A stretch of DNA of 64,000 nucleotides from Emiliania huxleyi CCMP1516 (lineage: Eukaryota). Below are positions 60,573 to 64,000 of the stretch, piece by piece. The notes under the pieces are model-generated. The model had not been told where the DNA came from, did not search any database, and saw only the letters and a list, made by a program, of their open reading frames with translations. How positions within the stretch are numbered: the stretch's first letter is position 1; each line of letters begins with the position of its first letter. The stretch is from the NCBI RefSeq assembly GCF_000372725.1, contig NW_005201732.1, forward strand, positions 248,001 to 312,000, given 5' to 3'. A program made the position numbers and the translations under genes.

Positions 60573-61522
60573 GCAAGCGGCCCCCGCCCCGCGGCCGCAA
60601 CGGTATTATGCTCCTGTAAAGCAGCTCTTCGCGCGCTCAGGAACTACTGCAACCGGACGGAAAGCGGTCGCTTCTCTATTTGTATGATCTCTCTCTCTAT
60701 TTGTACCAATCCATCCGCGTTATTCGTTGGCGCCGCCAAGTCTTGTTGAGCTTCGGGTGTTGGCCGGTGGTTGTGGCGCAGTTTGTGCGATGAGATAAAG
60801 CAACTCCCCAAGTGCGCCCACCATTCTCGTAGGAGGAAAGAAAGCTCTGACGTTTTTGTGTGGTCAGACCCCCCCCCCCCCCACACACACACATATCCCC
60901 CTGCCCACACACACCAGGCCTCGCGCCTCGGGCGGTGCCGGGGCAGCCCTGACCGTTTGCCCGCCAAAGAAAGCCAATTCTTGACTTGGGCCCTCGGGGA
61001 GGCGGCCTTCTCTCGAGGTCTCGAGATACACAAAGCGGCCAACCCGGACCGTCGGCGCGGCGGTCGGCGCAGAAAAAAAACAAAGAAAGAAAACGGACAT
61101 CCCAAGCTAGGGCTGGGCATGTTGCCTCCTGTCCGCTCAAGTTTCTTATAACCGAACTGCGATGTAACCGAACTCGAGGAATTTGCTTTCGCGGGTCACA
61201 AGGCCACATACACCCTCGCCGTGTCTCTCCTGCGGCCTCGGCGAAGCCACGTCTACCACCTGTCTGCCACGACATGAAGCAACGGGCGGACACACCCGCT
61301 GGCGAGCGGACCAGACGAGAGCAGGGCCCACCGCACACAAGCTGTCCAATGTCTCGCCACAGTGCAGCAGCTGCCCCATGGATCAAGTCTGCGACCTGCA
61401 GTCGTGAGAAGCCTCCCGCCCCCACCGTCGACCCAAAGGGGTGCCAGCAGCCACCTCGTCGTAGCCCTGTGACAGGCGCATGGCACTTGCCAGCACGGCG
61501 CCGCCTCGAAGAGCACCGCAGG

Positions 61523-63612
61523 CTAGCTCTTACTACTCCTCATCCAGAGGACGGTGTACACAGGCCTGCACGCGACAGAGTACAACGGCCAATCTGCGTC
61601 GGTGCGCGCCCACGTGACTTTGGTTTGCACGTCGCCTACGTTCCCTGGAAGACGTTGGAGGTGATACGAGAGCAGCCGCATGCAAGATCCAAGATTGCAA
61701 GAAGGGAGTTTTTCTAATTGTATCTCGAGTACGTTAAACGTTGTCCATCCAGTGGTGCGAATGTCTTGTACCTTGTGGGGAGGAGCGAGCTGGGTAGGAT
61801 GCGCTAGACGATTGATGTAACACACCGGGAGGGCGACGGTGATGACTTGGCGGACACACACACACACACACAACCCGTCCGGCGTCAGCGTCTCGCCGTC
61901 ACCGCCTCCTCCCACACGCCGCACCGCTCGCACGCGCGGACTGCACCGCTCGCACGCGCGGACTCGCATCGCCTTGCTGACCAGCTCTCGGCCACAGTCC
62001 TACTCGCCGCGCCCGCTCGCTCGCCACGATCCCTCCCGCAGGTAGGAAGGCACGGTCCCCGAGCACCTCCCCATCTCGCCCGCGACAAGCGTCGCGCAAG
62101 GGACAGAGTCTGTCGCCGTGGCAAAAATCCCTCTCCCCGCGCAAAACACACGGTCGAGGACCTCGCCGGGATAGTGCGCCTTTGTGCGCCTCGCCGCGTG
62201 GTCGATCGCGGCACCCATGGCGGCGCGAAAGCTGGCCGCCTCGTCAGAGGTCAGGTCGGCGCGCTCCTCCGAGTGGGCCGCCCACCGCGCCGCAAAGGTG
62301 TGGTGGAAGGAGAGGGCCTGCGAGCTGTGGATCCGAAACTCGGGCCCGCCGCCGCCCGGCCGCTCCGCCTCGAGCACCGACTGCACGCGCAAGTAGTTGA
62401 GGCCAAGTTCGGGCAGCGGCGCCACGTCCTGCTCCTGCGCCTTGACCACGACCGGGTGCAGGCCCCACGGGGAGGGCGGGGTCAGGTCGAAGCACCTGCC
62501 GTCTCGCCCGGACGGCGGCGAGGGCGAGACAAAGATGACGCGGCCGACGTCCGTGCACACGCTCCGCTTCCGCTTCCGCTTCCGCCCGTGACCGGTCGTC
62601 GAGCCGCTCTCCTGCGCGTACCGCTTGCGAAGCTCCTCGCCCTCCATCTTCTCGCCCGGAAGAAAGCGGTCTCGTGGACGCACCTTGGGCACGTACCGGC
62701 CCTGGAGCGGAGCGCAGAAGGGTCCGTCGCGGGGGAGGGGAGGGTGGAGGCGGTGACGGGGAGGGGGTGGCGGTGAGGGGGGCGGTGGGCGGTGATGCCG
62801 CCACGCTCCACGGCGTGCGTCGCAAACCCGCGGCCGGCCCCCGCACTGGGCGAGAAGCCATCCGACTGGTCCCGACGTGCCCACCGTGAGGCGTGGCTGC
62901 GTGGGGCGTGGCGGCGGCAGCAGGGGCGCGGGGCGGGCCGGGAGGGAGAGGGGCCGCAGATGCGCGCAGCGCACATTGGGCATGTGTCTGCGAAGCCTCT
63001 TGGTCGCCTCCTCCAAGCTCAAGTGCGGCGGGACGTACGGCCGTCCGGCGCTGACACTGATCCAACCGCCGTCGCTGCGGTACTCACCCACCTCCTCGCC
63101 CTCGTCGTCGCCAAAGGTGGCCACAGGCGTCAGCGCGAGTTGCGGCGTGTAAACGGCGTCGTGCTGCTCGCCTCGGCGCGTCTCCTTGCTCCTGCGGCGG
63201 CCGATGTCGCGCCACGGAAAGTCTGCCGCGGCCGCGTCGAGAGGCACGACGTAGGTGCTGTAGTCGTCCTCGGGATTGACGCAGTCGGTGCCAAACACCG
63301 TCTTGTGAATCTACGAGGCGGGGACGAGCGCTCAACTGCGAGAGAGCCGGGACACGGACACAGCCCGCACGGGGCATTCGCCTGTCTCGCCGCAGCGCCA
63401 AATGTCTCCCATAGGCCGTGTGCAGTGAACTCGCTCCGCCACCGCTCCGCCTGCACTTGGTCGGGAAGGAGTCGATGCGGATCAAAGGCGAGGCAGCGCG
63501 TGGCGCGGAGCTGAAAGAAGTCGGCGTCGAGGATCTCGAGTATCACGACGGGCCGGCTGGCGCCCGACGCGTCGTCGCGCAAGAGAGCACACAGCAGCTT
63601 GTCGGCGCGCAT
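61523..63612 (-). CDS. Hypothetical multi-exon protein with NLS-like RKRKRKR; structure uncertain
   Basis: Coding-like ORF segments at 63612-63330, 63310-62975, 62700-62000 and possibly 61847-61523; no family recognised. Confidence 0.35.
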
Positions 63613-64000
63613 GAGGGCAAGGGACACAGCTCGCACACCAAATGTTTTTCTTTCGTTGTATGAGGGTCAGCTCGGCTAGGGTTGCGCAGCTATGAACAGG
63701 AGCGAGTTCGTGCTGCGCTAGGCTCAGACGGCGTGTTCGCGCTGCGCTAGGCTCAGTACGGCGAGTTCGCGCTCTGCGGCAAGGCTCTCTTGCGGAGAAT
63801 TTATCTCTCGGCTGCGTTGGCTCGCCAAAGTATTTGTTCTCGATGGCGCTGGGTCCGCTGACTGGGGCGGGCGTGGGTGTGCGTGTTTTGTAGAGAAGCA
63901 AAAACGCACGTCGTCCGGGTTCTGTCGTGTGCGTCGAGCGTGCGGGCGGAGGCGAGGCTGAGCCTGTGGGCTGTGGCGAGAGCTAAGACAGAGCAGTGCG

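Overview
Eukaryotic, very GC-rich genomic DNA. It has frequent GC-AG introns that often contain 10-12-bp tandem repeats, a VDE-like carotenoid gene and a thylakoid-targeted ORF, which together point to a haptophyte alga such as Emiliania/Gephyrocapsa huxleyi (inference, not database-checked). Positions 1-39 kb are mostly host genes: an AIFM2/FSP1-like oxidoreductase apparently spliced in frame to a DCC1 thiol-disulfide domain, a VOC/glyoxalase protein, a frameshifted F-box/RCC1 gene, a PH-domain protein, BART/ARL2BP-like, RMD1-like, cytosolic HSP90, SDS3-like, TrmB-like, RAD51D-like, DUF218, violaxanthin de-epoxidase-like, Sds22-like LRR and PsbP-like genes. This part also holds a three-element nested DNA-transposon cluster (27.4-31.0 kb) and a dispersed repeat sitting in nearly every divergent promoter. 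Positions 40-64 kb are an accessory region. A Plavaka-type transposase is split by about 8 kb of cargo: low-GC intronless orphan genes with a shared upstream motif, an AT-rich inverted repeat, and a GxxExxY nuclease-like ORF adjoining a RuvC Holliday-junction-resolvase ORF. Further along are a ~1-kb foldback hairpin, an F-box gene, ASF1, and a TET/JBP-like Fe(II) dioxygenase convergent with a SWIM-like Zn-finger gene. All family assignments come from motif recognition by eye; exon boundaries are approximate unless stated.
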